A stretch of DNA of 52,601 bases, from sequence record SRR33789315_138. One strand, written 5' to 3'. The translations under genes were made by a program, and so were the position numbers. Within the stretch, counting starts at the first letter, position 1, and each line of letters begins with the position of its first letter. Shown here piece after piece: positions 39,814 through 48,738 of this stretch. Below the pieces are notes generated by a model, which worked only from the letters and a program-made list of their open reading frames with translations, did no database searches and was not told the DNA's origin.

Positions 39814-40968
39814 TTGAAAGTAGAACATAACATATCTCGATTAAAACACTTACTGAAAATGTACAAGCTTTCAGTATCTGAATTTTTATTGAAAATCAGT
39901 GAAGGTTTAAAGATACCTATAACTGAAAAAGATGTTTTTTCAGAAAGAATAGAAATTGGACACTTAAAAAGAATCGATAAACTTTTTGAAAAGGGAATTC
40001 ATTATTATTTAGACCCAAAAGCACCTGAAAACTCAAAAGAGGCAAGTGTATTTTTCAGAAAGGAAAGTTTTGGAACTGACTTAAATTTCAGAGCAAAAAA
40101 AATAGTTAGCCAATTTGAAGAACTAAAAATATCTATTACTGCAATTTCAAAATTAGCAGAATTAGATACAAAAAGAAAAATTCAAAAATTTAGCATAAAA
40201 GACAATCCAGAAAAAGTAGCAAAAGAGTTTAGACAAATTCTTTATCCAAATTTCACATCTAAACGTAGAGATTTTCTTAAAGCACTAATTTCAAAGTTTG
40301 CAGAAAGTAACATTTTAGTTTTTGAGTTTGTAGAAACTCAAAACAGAAAAGAGAAAGCCAATATTGATGGTTTTTTTCTTAAACCAAATGTTATTGTATT
40401 AAAAAGACACCAATCTTTTAGAAGAGAAATATTCACTTTAGCTCACGAATTAGGTCATTTTTTACTCGACAAAGAAGAAATTGAGTTACTTGATTATAAT
40501 GTAATTGCTGACAAACACTTGTCATCTATTGAAAGATGGTGTAATGATTTTGCTTATTACTTTTTAGTCGGAGAATATGGGGAAATGCTTAAAAACATTG
40601 AACCAGCTAATGCTTTAAATGATTATCATTTTGATTTAATAAAAACAGTTTCTGAAAACACTCATTTGAGTCAAATTGCTTTATTTACAAGATTATTATT
40701 TAAAAATCAAATTAGTCAATCTAACTATAATAAAGTTAGAAATGACTTTGAAGAACAATTCAAAAAATTTCAAGAAGAAAAAGATAGAGAAAAGGAATTA
40801 CAAAAAGAAAAAGGTATAAAAATAAGAGGTTCAGTTGCACAACCAATTTCTTCGCCTTTATTTATATCTACAATTCAATCTGCATTTTATGAAGGTATTA
40901 TAAATGAATACGACGTTTGTAAAAAACTGAATATAAAGCCTGAAAAATTAGACAAGTTTATTCAATGA
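39814..40968 (+). CDS. ImmA/IrrE-family Zn metallopeptidase with N-terminal HTH-like region
   Basis: FTLAHELGH, ERWCNDFA; TTG start, -7 element TACCTTTG at 39784-39791; AT-rich. Confidence 0.85.
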   Translation: MKVEHNISRLKHLLKMYKLSVSEFLLKISEGLKIPITEKDVFSERIEIGHLKRIDKLFEKGIHYYLDPKAPENSKEASVFFRKESFGTDLNFRAKKIVSQFEELKISITAISKLAELDTKRKIQKFSIKDNPEKVAKEFRQILYPNFTSKRRDFLKALISKFAESNILVFEFVETQNRKEKANIDGFFLKPNVIVLKRHQSFRREIFTLAHELGHFLLDKEEIELLDYNVIADKHLSSIERWCNDFAYYFLVGEYGEMLKNIEPANALNDYHFDLIKTVSENTHLSQIALFTRLLFKNQISQSNYNKVRNDFEEQFKKFQEEKDREKELQKEKGIKIRGSVAQPISSPLFISTIQSAFYEGIINEYDVCKKLNIKPEKLDKFIQ

Positions 40969-41537
40969 TAGTAGTAATCGATACAAGTTCTTTGTTGTCC
41001 TTGGTTCGCTATTACTTACCATTTGACCAAAATAATAAGCTTTTTAATTTCATCAAGAAAGAAATACAAAATCACAACATAATAGTGATTGATGAAGTAC
41101 TAAACGAATGCAAATTGGTTTCAGGTAAATTAGTAGTGAAAAAATTAGACTTTTTAATTGATAAAGACTTTTTAAAAGCACATAAAATTCCAGTCAAAAC
41201 GGAAAATTTAATTCCACCTTCACCTAAAAAATTCTACAATCTTCTTGATAATAATTTTACTACAACAAATGCTAAAAAATTAAATAGTGCACAATTTGAA
41301 CAGCGAAAAAAGGAATTTTTAGATTCAGCTGACGCAAGAATGATTATTTATTTATTAACTCAAATAAGTAAAAATTCATTTGAAAAAATCATACTTGTTA
41401 CCGAGGAAACAGAGGGAAGTAATGACTTAAAAGCTTTCAAAAAATTACCTGCGATTAGTAAGATTTTGAACATTGAGGTAAAAACCTTACCTGAACTATT
41501 AGAATTGTATACTGACATAAGCTTATCGTTTGAATAA
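40965..41537 (+). CDS. PIN-domain protein, DUF4411-like
   Basis: VIDTSSL, DEVLNE, SAD, LVTEE acidic motifs; ATGA overlap with the peptidase. Confidence 0.75.
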   Translation: MIVVIDTSSLLSLVRYYLPFDQNNKLFNFIKKEIQNHNIIVIDEVLNECKLVSGKLVVKKLDFLIDKDFLKAHKIPVKTENLIPPSPKKFYNLLDNNFTTTNAKKLNSAQFEQRKKEFLDSADARMIIYLLTQISKNSFEKIILVTEETEGSNDLKAFKKLPAISKILNIEVKTLPELLELYTDISLSFE

Positions 41538-41545
41538 TAAAATGT

Positions 41546-41695
41546 CAGCAACTAACTCTATCCTAATTACGGATTTTCTCTTCGTTTTTTATTTTAAAAA
41601 TTAGTTACTTAACACCTCAAAAATACACACAATATCTTTGATTGGTAGGATATTGGCAAACACCTCTCATTAATTCCCGTTATAAGTTAGTACTG
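41546..41695. repeat. About 150-bp imperfect inverted repeat (attC-like)
   Basis: CAGCAACTAACT...TTACGG at the left end, CCGTTATAAGTTAGTACTG at the right end; ACTAACT/AGTTAGT is perfect. Confidence 0.4.
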
Positions 41696-41724
41696 ATTTA
41701 TAACCTTTTCTTATATTGAAACCC

Positions 41725-42504
41725 ATGAGTGCGATAAACATTAGAACGGTAAATGTTGTTCAATACCTGAAACCTTTACGAGAAGGAGGCTCTCTTCCCG
41801 CTCTGGTAAAAGCGGATGATGATTTTCTATATGTTTTAAAGTTTAGAGGGGCTGGCCAAGGAAAAATGGCATTGATCGCAGATTTAATAGGTGCCGAACT
41901 TGCGCGTGCAATAGGATTAAAAGTTCCTGAAATTGTTTTTATGAACCTCGATGATTCGTTTAGCAAAACAGAACCCGATGAAGAAATTCAGGATTTATTA
42001 AAGTTTAGTGTGGGTCTTAATTTGGGAATCCATTTTTTGTCAGCTGCCATTACTTATGACCCCTTAATTCCTATTGCAGATTCTCTTTATGCGTCTAAAG
42101 TGGTGCTTTTAGATAGTATGCTCTCAAATATTGACCGAACTGCAAAAAATACCAACTTGCTCAATTGGAAAAATGAATTATGGTTAATAGATCATGGTTC
42201 CAGTTTATATTTTCATCACAATTGGTCGAATTGGGAAACACATCTTTCCCGCACGTTTAGCCTTATCAAAGACCATGTCCTTCTTGAAAGAGCAACTCAC
42301 TTAGAGGAAGCAGCGACTGAGATTCAGCATTTAATAAACCACGAAAAAATCAAGGAAATAGTCTCTATCATTCCAGAAGATTGGCTTATTGAAGAAACAA
42401 ATAGCATGGCTCCAACTGACAAAAGAGCTGCGTATATAAGGTTCTTAGAATCTAGATTTGACAATATTAAAGTATTAGCAAAAGAGGCTTCAGATGCAAG
42501 ATAA
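41725..42504 (+). CDS. HipA-like kinase
   Basis: LREGGSLP, YVLKFRGAGQG, NIDRT.KNTNLL, LIDHG; ATG at 41725 preferred. Confidence 0.85.
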   Translation: MSAINIRTVNVVQYLKPLREGGSLPALVKADDDFLYVLKFRGAGQGKMALIADLIGAELARAIGLKVPEIVFMNLDDSFSKTEPDEEIQDLLKFSVGLNLGIHFLSAAITYDPLIPIADSLYASKVVLLDSMLSNIDRTAKNTNLLNWKNELWLIDHGSSLYFHHNWSNWETHLSRTFSLIKDHVLLERATHLEEAATEIQHLINHEKIKEIVSIIPEDWLIEETNSMAPTDKRAAYIRFLESRFDNIKVLAKEASDAR

Positions 42505-42877
42505 AGTGACCTATGAATTTGCCGTGATTAGAATTGTTCCCAAGGTTGAACGGGAAGAATTTATAAATGTTGGGGTCATCCTTTTTTCTAAATCTAAAAA
42601 ATACCTCGGGATAAAATATAAAATTGATAAAAACCGAATTGGAATCTTTTCTGAAGAAATTGATGTTGATTTTTTAAATAAATACCTCTGCGCTTGGGAA
42701 TGGGTTTGCGCTGGAGATCCACAAGGAGGACGTATCGGAAAACTAGAATTGGCAGACCGGTTTAGGTGGTTAACGGCTTGCCGAAGCACCATTATTCAAA
42801 GTTCTAAAACGCATCCGGGTTTATCTAACAATCCTCAAGAAACGTTGGAAAATTTATTTAAGCTATATGTTTTATAG
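42494..42877 (+). CDS. DUF3037 domain protein
   Basis: YEFAVIRIVPKVEREEFINVGVIL, RFRWLTA.RSTIIQ.S..HPG; overlaps the kinase stop. Confidence 0.85.
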   Translation: MQDKVTYEFAVIRIVPKVEREEFINVGVILFSKSKKYLGIKYKIDKNRIGIFSEEIDVDFLNKYLCAWEWVCAGDPQGGRIGKLELADRFRWLTACRSTIIQSSKTHPGLSNNPQETLENLFKLYVL

Positions 42878-42908
42878 CTCCCTGCAAGCCATAAAACAAG
42901 TAGTTCCT

Positions 42909-43265
42909 TTAGCGTTTTAGGTCACACTCTTTAAGGGTATTCATTCTGTGCTGTAAACCCCACGCAATCATGGGCTCAATCACGTTATTCAGCGTTTTAC
43001 CAGATTCTGAAAGTTCATATTCCACCCTAACTGGGATGGTATCATAAACCTTACGTATAACTATACCATTCATTTCTAGATCTTTTAGTTCTTTAGAAAG
43101 CATTCTAGGAGTGATTTTACCTATCTCCCTTTCTAATTCTTTAAAACGTTTTTTTCCAAAAAGTAAAGAGCCTATTATAGGCATTTTCCATTTTCCGCTA
43201 ATAACATTTAAGGTGTCATTAATCGCTAAAACGAATTGTGTAGAACAGCCTTTTATATTTTGTAG
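42909..43265 (-). CDS. HxlR/YodB-family redox regulator lacking a canonical start (possible pseudogene)
   Basis: Frame stays open upstream of the ATG at 43184 through LQNIKGCSTQFVLAINDTLNVISGKWK to TAG at 43266-43268, with no ATG/GTG/TTG. Confidence 0.75.
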   Translation of the reverse strand, partial: LQNIKGCSTQFVLAINDTLNVISGKWKMPIIGSLLFGKKRFKELEREIGKITPRMLSKELKDLEMNGIVIRKVYDTIPVRVEYELSESGKTLNNVIEPMIAWGLQHRMNTLKECDLKR

Positions 43266-43329
43266 CTAAAGTATATCGATATACTTTAGTATAGTAATAT
43301 ATTTTATATAGCTAATGTAGTTATTTTTG
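43266..43329. promoter_or_regulatory. Operator/promoter between the HxlR-like gene and the quinone reductase
   Basis: Perfect 24-bp palindrome CTAAAGTATATC|GATATACTTTAG, TACT-N7-AGTA at 43282-43296, -7 element TATTTTTG at 43322-43329. Confidence 0.6.
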
Positions 43330-43348
43330 AATAACAAATACAACTATC

Positions 43349-44218
43349 ATGATATTAATTACAGGAGTTACCGGACACTTGGGTGATTTGGTTTTAAAAG
43401 AATTAAAACAACTAGATACAAACGAAAAAATTGCTGTAATGGCACGAAGTGCAGAAAAAGCAGCACCTTTTGCAGATCAGGATGTAGAAACACGTATTGC
43501 AGACTATGATGATTATGCAAGTCTTGTCGCTGCTTTTAAAGGGGTTGACAAGCTTTATTTTGTATCAGGGAGCGATATTGCTAAGCGTCTTTTACAACAT
43601 AAAAACGTAGTAGATGCTGCCAAAGAAGCCAAAGTGAAACATATTATTTATACCAGTTTTATTAGAGAAAGTCCGGCAGAAGATTCTCCTATTCCTGTAG
43701 TTGCTGAAGCGCACATTAATACCGAAAACTGGATTTTTAAATCAGGTATGGATTATACCCTTTTGAGACACAATTTGTACATGGAAGTTATTCCTATGTT
43801 CTTAGGTGAACAGGTTATTGAAACCGGAATGATATATCTTCCCGCAGGAAATGGCAAGACTGGTTTTGTCATGCGATCTGATATGGCTTTAGCCGGAGCC
43901 AAAGTGCTTTCTAATTCAGGACACGAAAATAAAATTTATGACTTCACCGCAGCACAAGCCTATTCCTATAGTGATATTGCTGCTATGTTAAGTGAAATTT
44001 CAGGGAAAACCATACAATATGTTTCGCCCTCTGTAGATGAATTTTCAAAAACGCTGGCATCCTATGGTGTTCCGGAAGAAGCTATTGCTATGGCAGCTGG
44101 TTTTTCGCTGGCTACTGCCAATGGAGAATTTGAGAAAACAAGTGAGACCATCAAACAACTTATAGAAAAAGAACCCACTACCCTAAAGGAGTATTTAACT
44201 TCAATTTATTCTAACTAA
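43349..44218 (+). CDS. NmrA-like NAD(P)H:quinone oxidoreductase (QorB/YtfG type)
   Basis: ILITGVTGHLG, ADYDD, QHKNVVDAAK, LRHNLYME. Confidence 0.85.
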   Translation: MILITGVTGHLGDLVLKELKQLDTNEKIAVMARSAEKAAPFADQDVETRIADYDDYASLVAAFKGVDKLYFVSGSDIAKRLLQHKNVVDAAKEAKVKHIIYTSFIRESPAEDSPIPVVAEAHINTENWIFKSGMDYTLLRHNLYMEVIPMFLGEQVIETGMIYLPAGNGKTGFVMRSDMALAGAKVLSNSGHENKIYDFTAAQAYSYSDIAAMLSEISGKTIQYVSPSVDEFSKTLASYGVPEEAIAMAAGFSLATANGEFEKTSETIKQLIEKEPTTLKEYLTSIYSN

Positions 44219-44228
44219 TTTCCTAGCT

Positions 44229-44603
44229 ATGAAAACAACTAACATCACCTACTGGATTACTACTGCCATTGTAACGTTAATGATGCTTTTTAGCGCCTAT
44301 AATTATTTAACCGCAGATGCCATGAAGCAAGCTTTTACACATTTGGGCTATCCTGATTATTTTAGAATCGAGTTAGCTGTAGCCAAGATCATTGGTGCCT
44401 TGATCTTGATTATTCCCGGCATACCCAAATATTTGAAGGTTTTTGCCTATGTAGGTTTTACCATTACATTTATTTCAGCTTTTATCGCCCATATTGCCAA
44501 TGGTGATCCTATGTCTGCAGTAATTGCACCGTTAATTTTTCTACTTATTCTAGGAATTTCATTTTACACCTATGAAAAAAAGAACAGAATGGTTAGGCAT
44601 TAA
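44229..44603 (+). CDS. DoxX-like membrane protein
   Basis: YWITT, FTHLGYPDYF, AKIIG, AYVGF, AHI; four hydrophobic segments. Confidence 0.85.
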   Translation: MKTTNITYWITTAIVTLMMLFSAYNYLTADAMKQAFTHLGYPDYFRIELAVAKIIGALILIIPGIPKYLKVFAYVGFTITFISAFIAHIANGDPMSAVIAPLIFLLILGISFYTYEKKNRMVRH

Positions 44604-44632
44604 CCATTCTATTCTTATGTCTTATTACAGTC

Positions 44633-45958
44633 TTACTCTTTAGTTAATTCAAAAGTCTGTCCGGCTTGTTCTACTATCATTTTATTTTCATCAGGTACAA
44701 ATTTTAAAGTAATCATTGCTTCTTCAGAATAAAAGGTGTCTTTCTCTAGCGCATCTAAGGGGAAAGAGGGTTGGCCTTCTCCTTGAGCTATTAAAGTACT
44801 GCCCTCTTTAGAAATTATGATATCAATTGGAAAGTTTGGACTACTATATTTACCTAAGTATATCTCTAATTGCTCAGCACTTAGTTGAATTGTTTTTACA
44901 GGAGAAAAATCTGGAAATTGATAATCCATACCAAAATAAATTTGTACAGCCCCTATAAAAACACTAGAAACTTGTGTGTACAGATAATTTGTGTTTAAGG
45001 CTATAGAAACATTTTCTTTAGGGAAATAAGCCGTAAATGATTGAAAACCATCAATGCTTCCGCCGTGTCCATATACTTCTCTATCTTCCAAAGGAAGTTT
45101 CATTAAACCCAGCCCCATTCCTTCTTTAGCATCTTCCATTTTTGATAATGAAGCAGTTGATACAACATTCCCTGAAAAAAGATTACTAAAGAAAATGTTT
45201 AACTCGGTAGGTGTAGAAACAACGGCTCCAGCTCCCATGGGTAATGTCATATCAGTTTGCTTTTCAATCAATTCCCATTCAGAATTTACATAATCGTACG
45301 GTAAGGCTTCATTATTAGACGGGACTATTTTCTTTCCAAATTCGGTTCTTTCTAAATGCAACGGCTTTATTATTCTGGTTTTTAAAATGTCTTTGAATTC
45401 TTTTTTCTCTATAATTTCTGCTATGTAGGATAGTAAAATAAAATTTGTGTTTGAATATTCCGTTTTTTCATCTGGTTCAAAAATAGTTCCGTTTTTAATG
45501 ATGCGTTCAATCATACTTTCACGGCTTTGCGGTTTATCCATCCACGCTTCAAGGTTTTCGTCTTCGGTAATATTAAAAAGTCCGCTTCGATGTCTTAATA
45601 AATTCTCAATAGTAATTTTATCGGCATTTGGTATATCCGGAAAATAGTCACTCAATAAGGTATTTAAGCTAATTTTTTCTTCTTCTACAAATTGCATAAT
45701 AATAGACGCTGTAAACGTTTTTGTTATGGAACCAATACGATATTTCGTTAAACTATTTGCTTTTTCATTATTGGATACATCAGAAAATCCAAACGACTTT
45801 CTATAGATTTCTTTCCCATTAGAGAAGATTGAAATACTCCCCATTCCCTTGTTATTACTTTCAAGCAAGTTGAATAAACTATCCATTTTTGACGTATCAA
45901 AAGTCTGTGCGCTCACGGAATTTATGCAGATGAGAAATACGAAGAAGTACTTTGACAT
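44633..45958 (-). CDS. Secreted serine hydrolase, beta-lactamase class C / PBP family
   Basis: Signal peptide, SITK (SxxK), YSN, HGG. Confidence 0.88.
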   Translation of the reverse strand: MSKYFFVFLICINSVSAQTFDTSKMDSLFNLLESNNKGMGSISIFSNGKEIYRKSFGFSDVSNNEKANSLTKYRIGSITKTFTASIIMQFVEEEKISLNTLLSDYFPDIPNADKITIENLLRHRSGLFNITEDENLEAWMDKPQSRESMIERIIKNGTIFEPDEKTEYSNTNFILLSYIAEIIEKKEFKDILKTRIIKPLHLERTEFGKKIVPSNNEALPYDYVNSEWELIEKQTDMTLPMGAGAVVSTPTELNIFFSNLFSGNVVSTASLSKMEDAKEGMGLGLMKLPLEDREVYGHGGSIDGFQSFTAYFPKENVSIALNTNYLYTQVSSVFIGAVQIYFGMDYQFPDFSPVKTIQLSAEQLEIYLGKYSSPNFPIDIIISKEGSTLIAQGEGQPSFPLDALEKDTFYSEEAMITLKFVPDENKMIVEQAGQTFELTKE

Positions 45959-46020
45959 ATTTTAAATTTTATAATTATTGCTAATAAAAGCGATCTCTGG
46001 ATTGATCGCGCAGATATACT

Positions 46021-46452
46021 TTAAATGGCGCTTTGTTCATTTTCTTTTCGTAACCAACTTAAAATAAAAGTTGACAACCTGCCTATAAAGAAAACAAACC
46101 CACCAAAAACACCCGGCAGAAAGGTTAATTTTAAACCACCTGCCAGTAAACTGGGCGAAATATCGCCAACCGCTTCAAAGGCATCAAATACCTGAATCAA
46201 ACCTACTAATTGATTAAAAACTCCAATTACCAAAGCAAGTAATGCAATCTGATTAACCAGACCGATTGCTTTTTTAAAAGCCAGATGAGATGCTTTAAGT
46301 TGTGCAGCAGCACGTACAATTAAAAAAATCATAAGTGCAAAACAAATAAGAATCAGCGTCATGGGGAAAGTACCACCTTCTTGAATGCGATTTCCCAGTT
46401 GTGTGAAAAATCCCTGTTGCTGTATCGCTAAATGGATTAAGATTGTCATCAT
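46021..46452 (-). CDS. Small MotA/TolQ/ExbB-like membrane protein
   Basis: Three hydrophobic segments, GGTFPM, G..QLVGLIQVFDA, SLLAGGLK. Confidence 0.65.
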   Translation of the reverse strand: MMTILIHLAIQQQGFFTQLGNRIQEGGTFPMTLILICFALMIFLIVRAAAQLKASHLAFKKAIGLVNQIALLALVIGVFNQLVGLIQVFDAFEAVGDISPSLLAGGLKLTFLPGVFGGFVFFIGRLSTFILSWLRKENEQSAI

Positions 46453-46667
46453 AAAAGATTTTAAAAAATTCGTCTACTCAAAACTAAGCAGACTTTTTTG
46501 GAGGTTATTACAATTTGCGACCAATAGCGCTTTTTCAACTGGATTTGACTATTACTTGCTCAAATAAGTTAGATTTCAAGAACAATTCTGCCATAACCTG
46601 TCTTAAAACCGTTATTCATCGCCTTATTTTTGAATTCTTAATTATAAAAGTCAACTTTGAACGTTAG

Positions 46668-47753
46668 ATGAAGATTGCGCGGTTAATTAACTATCTTGGA
46701 AAAAAACTACTAGTACATGGTCTGTTTTGGCTTGCCGTGTTGTTTTTCTATACCTTTTTCTTCGGTCTGGAAAAAACCACCTTCACCACGGTTTTTAAGT
46801 TTTCCTGCTTTTTATTACCCGTTACCATAGCGGTTACCTACACCTTTATCTACTATCTCATTCCGCACTATTTATTGCAAAAAAAATACCTCTGGTTTGG
46901 AATATACATGCTATACACTTTAATACTTTCGGCTTCTTTTATCATTTTTTCAAGCTTTTATGGAGTCGTTTTTTTATCAGAAATGCAGTGGGAAGCTTTT
47001 CCGGTCAAGAAAAGTATTTTGTTCATTATGATTGCGGTTTATCTAGTGGTGCTTCTGGCCTGCGCGTTTAGCCTGCTTAAAAACAATTACCAAACGTTGG
47101 CCGAAAAGAAGGCCTTAGAAAATAAAATTTTAAACACCCAATTGCAATTGCGAGAACAACAACTCAACCAGCTCAAAATGCAAATTCATCCCCATTTTTT
47201 GTTCAATACCTTAAATACCGTTTACGGTTTTGCGCTGACCCAAAATGAACACACACCTGAGCTCATTTTAAAACTTTCTAAATTATTGGATTATATTCTG
47301 TATCAGACCAATAAACCGTTGGTTTCCTTACAAGAAGAAATTGAACACATACAAGATTATATCGCTTTAGAAGCTTTCCGCTTACGCGAAAACTTAAGCG
47401 AATCCATCCACCTGGAGAATCAAGATCAGTACGAGCAGATTCTTATCGCACCTATGCTTTTGCTGCCTTTTGTAGAAAACAGTTTTAAGCACGGAAAAAT
47501 CGAAAACGGCAACCTCAAGTTACTGCTAAAAGTTGAAGACCAACAAATACACTTCCAGTTAACTAATGAAAAAAAATCCGAAATTTCAGCAATAGAAACA
47601 CCCTCAGGACTGGGATTAAAAAACATTAAACAACGCTTAGCAATCCTTTATGAAAAAGGATACACACTCAAAATCAAAGATGAAACAACTCGTTTTAGTG
47701 TTGATTTACATTTGAACACTACAGCACACAGATTGCATGAAAAAGAAGATTAA
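46668..47753 (+). CDS. LytS/YehU-type sensor histidine kinase
   Basis: Four TM helices, QIHPHFLFNTLN, PFVENSFKHG, GLGLKN. Confidence 0.93.
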   Translation: MKIARLINYLGKKLLVHGLFWLAVLFFYTFFFGLEKTTFTTVFKFSCFLLPVTIAVTYTFIYYLIPHYLLQKKYLWFGIYMLYTLILSASFIIFSSFYGVVFLSEMQWEAFPVKKSILFIMIAVYLVVLLACAFSLLKNNYQTLAEKKALENKILNTQLQLREQQLNQLKMQIHPHFLFNTLNTVYGFALTQNEHTPELILKLSKLLDYILYQTNKPLVSLQEEIEHIQDYIALEAFRLRENLSESIHLENQDQYEQILIAPMLLLPFVENSFKHGKIENGNLKLLLKVEDQQIHFQLTNEKKSEISAIETPSGLGLKNIKQRLAILYEKGYTLKIKDETTRFSVDLHLNTTAHRLHEKED

Positions 47754-48453
47754 ATGTATCGTGGTTGATGATGAACCTATGGCGCGGGAAATCCTCCAAA
47801 ATCATTTGGCAAAAATAGATGCTGTCATTGTCATGGGCTATTGTGCAAATGCTACCGAAGCATTTAACCTTATAAGCACCGAAGAAATTGACTTAATTTT
47901 CCTAGACATCAATATGCCGGGAATTTCCGGGATTTCTTTTGCACGCTCCATCAATAGGAATATAAAAATCATTTTTACCACCGCATACCGAGAATATGCT
48001 CTGGATGGTTTTGACTTGCATGCCGTAGATTACCTGTTAAAACCCATCTCTTTTGAGCGTTTGCGGGAAGCAATCTCCCATTTTAAAGAAACGTTTTGGG
48101 AAGAACAAACTACCCATTTAACAGCCGACACCGCAGAAACTGCGTTTATTTTTATTCGGGTAGATCGTAAAATGGTAAAACTGAATTTTGATGAAATACG
48201 CTACATTGAAAGCCTAAGCGATTATCTAAAAATTCATCTGGAAAAGACGACGCATGTCACAAGAATGACCATTAGCGAACTGGAAAATAAGCTTCCGCAG
48301 GAACATTTCCTTCGTATTCACCGCTCGTTTATTGTGGCTTTAGACTCCATTGAATCGTTTACCAGCGATTATGTTTCCCTTGCTGGAAAAGACTTACCCA
48401 TTAGCCGGAGTTTTAAACCTAAAGTACTCGAGTTGTTGAATTCCTTCAGTTAA
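47737..48453 (+). CDS. LytTR-family response regulator
   Basis: VDDEP, FLDINMP, DYLLKP, FLRIHRSFIV. Confidence 0.95.
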   Translation: MKKKIKCIVVDDEPMAREILQNHLAKIDAVIVMGYCANATEAFNLISTEEIDLIFLDINMPGISGISFARSINRNIKIIFTTAYREYALDGFDLHAVDYLLKPISFERLREAISHFKETFWEEQTTHLTADTAETAFIFIRVDRKMVKLNFDEIRYIESLSDYLKIHLEKTTHVTRMTISELENKLPQEHFLRIHRSFIVALDSIESFTSDYVSLAGKDLPISRSFKPKVLELLNSFS

Positions 48454-48460
48454 CATCAAA

Positions 48461-48488
48461 TAAAAAGCCCGCTTTCGCGGGCTTTTTA
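48461..48488. terminator. Bidirectional Rho-independent terminator
   Basis: TAAAAAGCCCGC-tttc-GCGGGCTTTTTA. Confidence 0.88.
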
Positions 48489-48498
48489 AGCATATTTA

Positions 48499-48718
48499 TC
48501 ACATTGAGCGCAGTCGAATTTATTAATATTCTCGACTGCGCTCGAATTGACATTTTAGAAAGCTTTTAGACAATCTCTTGTTTCGTCAACCTGAACTGTT
48601 ACACTGAGCCTGTCGAAGTGTAACAGTTCAGGTTCTCATACGTATTTGCATTCAAGCATTAAGCGATTCTGAAATAAATTCAGAATGACGCATTTCAATC
48701 CTTTTTAGACAGCCTCTT
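48499..48718. repeat. Cluster of REP-like palindromic elements
   Basis: GAGCGCAGTCGA/TCGACTGCGCTC; 18-bp perfect stem at 48588-48634; ATTCTGAA/TTCAGAAT; direct repeat TTTTAGACA. Confidence 0.7.
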
Positions 48719-48738
48719 TATAGTTAACGCTTTAGCTT

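Noticed and set aside
38647-45958. MBL-fold and serine hydrolase genes as antibiotic-resistance determinants
   Set aside because: They belong to broad hydrolase families; nothing in the sequence supports true beta-lactamase activity
48499-48718. CRISPR array or tRNA
   Set aside because: No regularly spaced identical repeats, no cas genes and no cloverleaf; REP-like hairpins explain it
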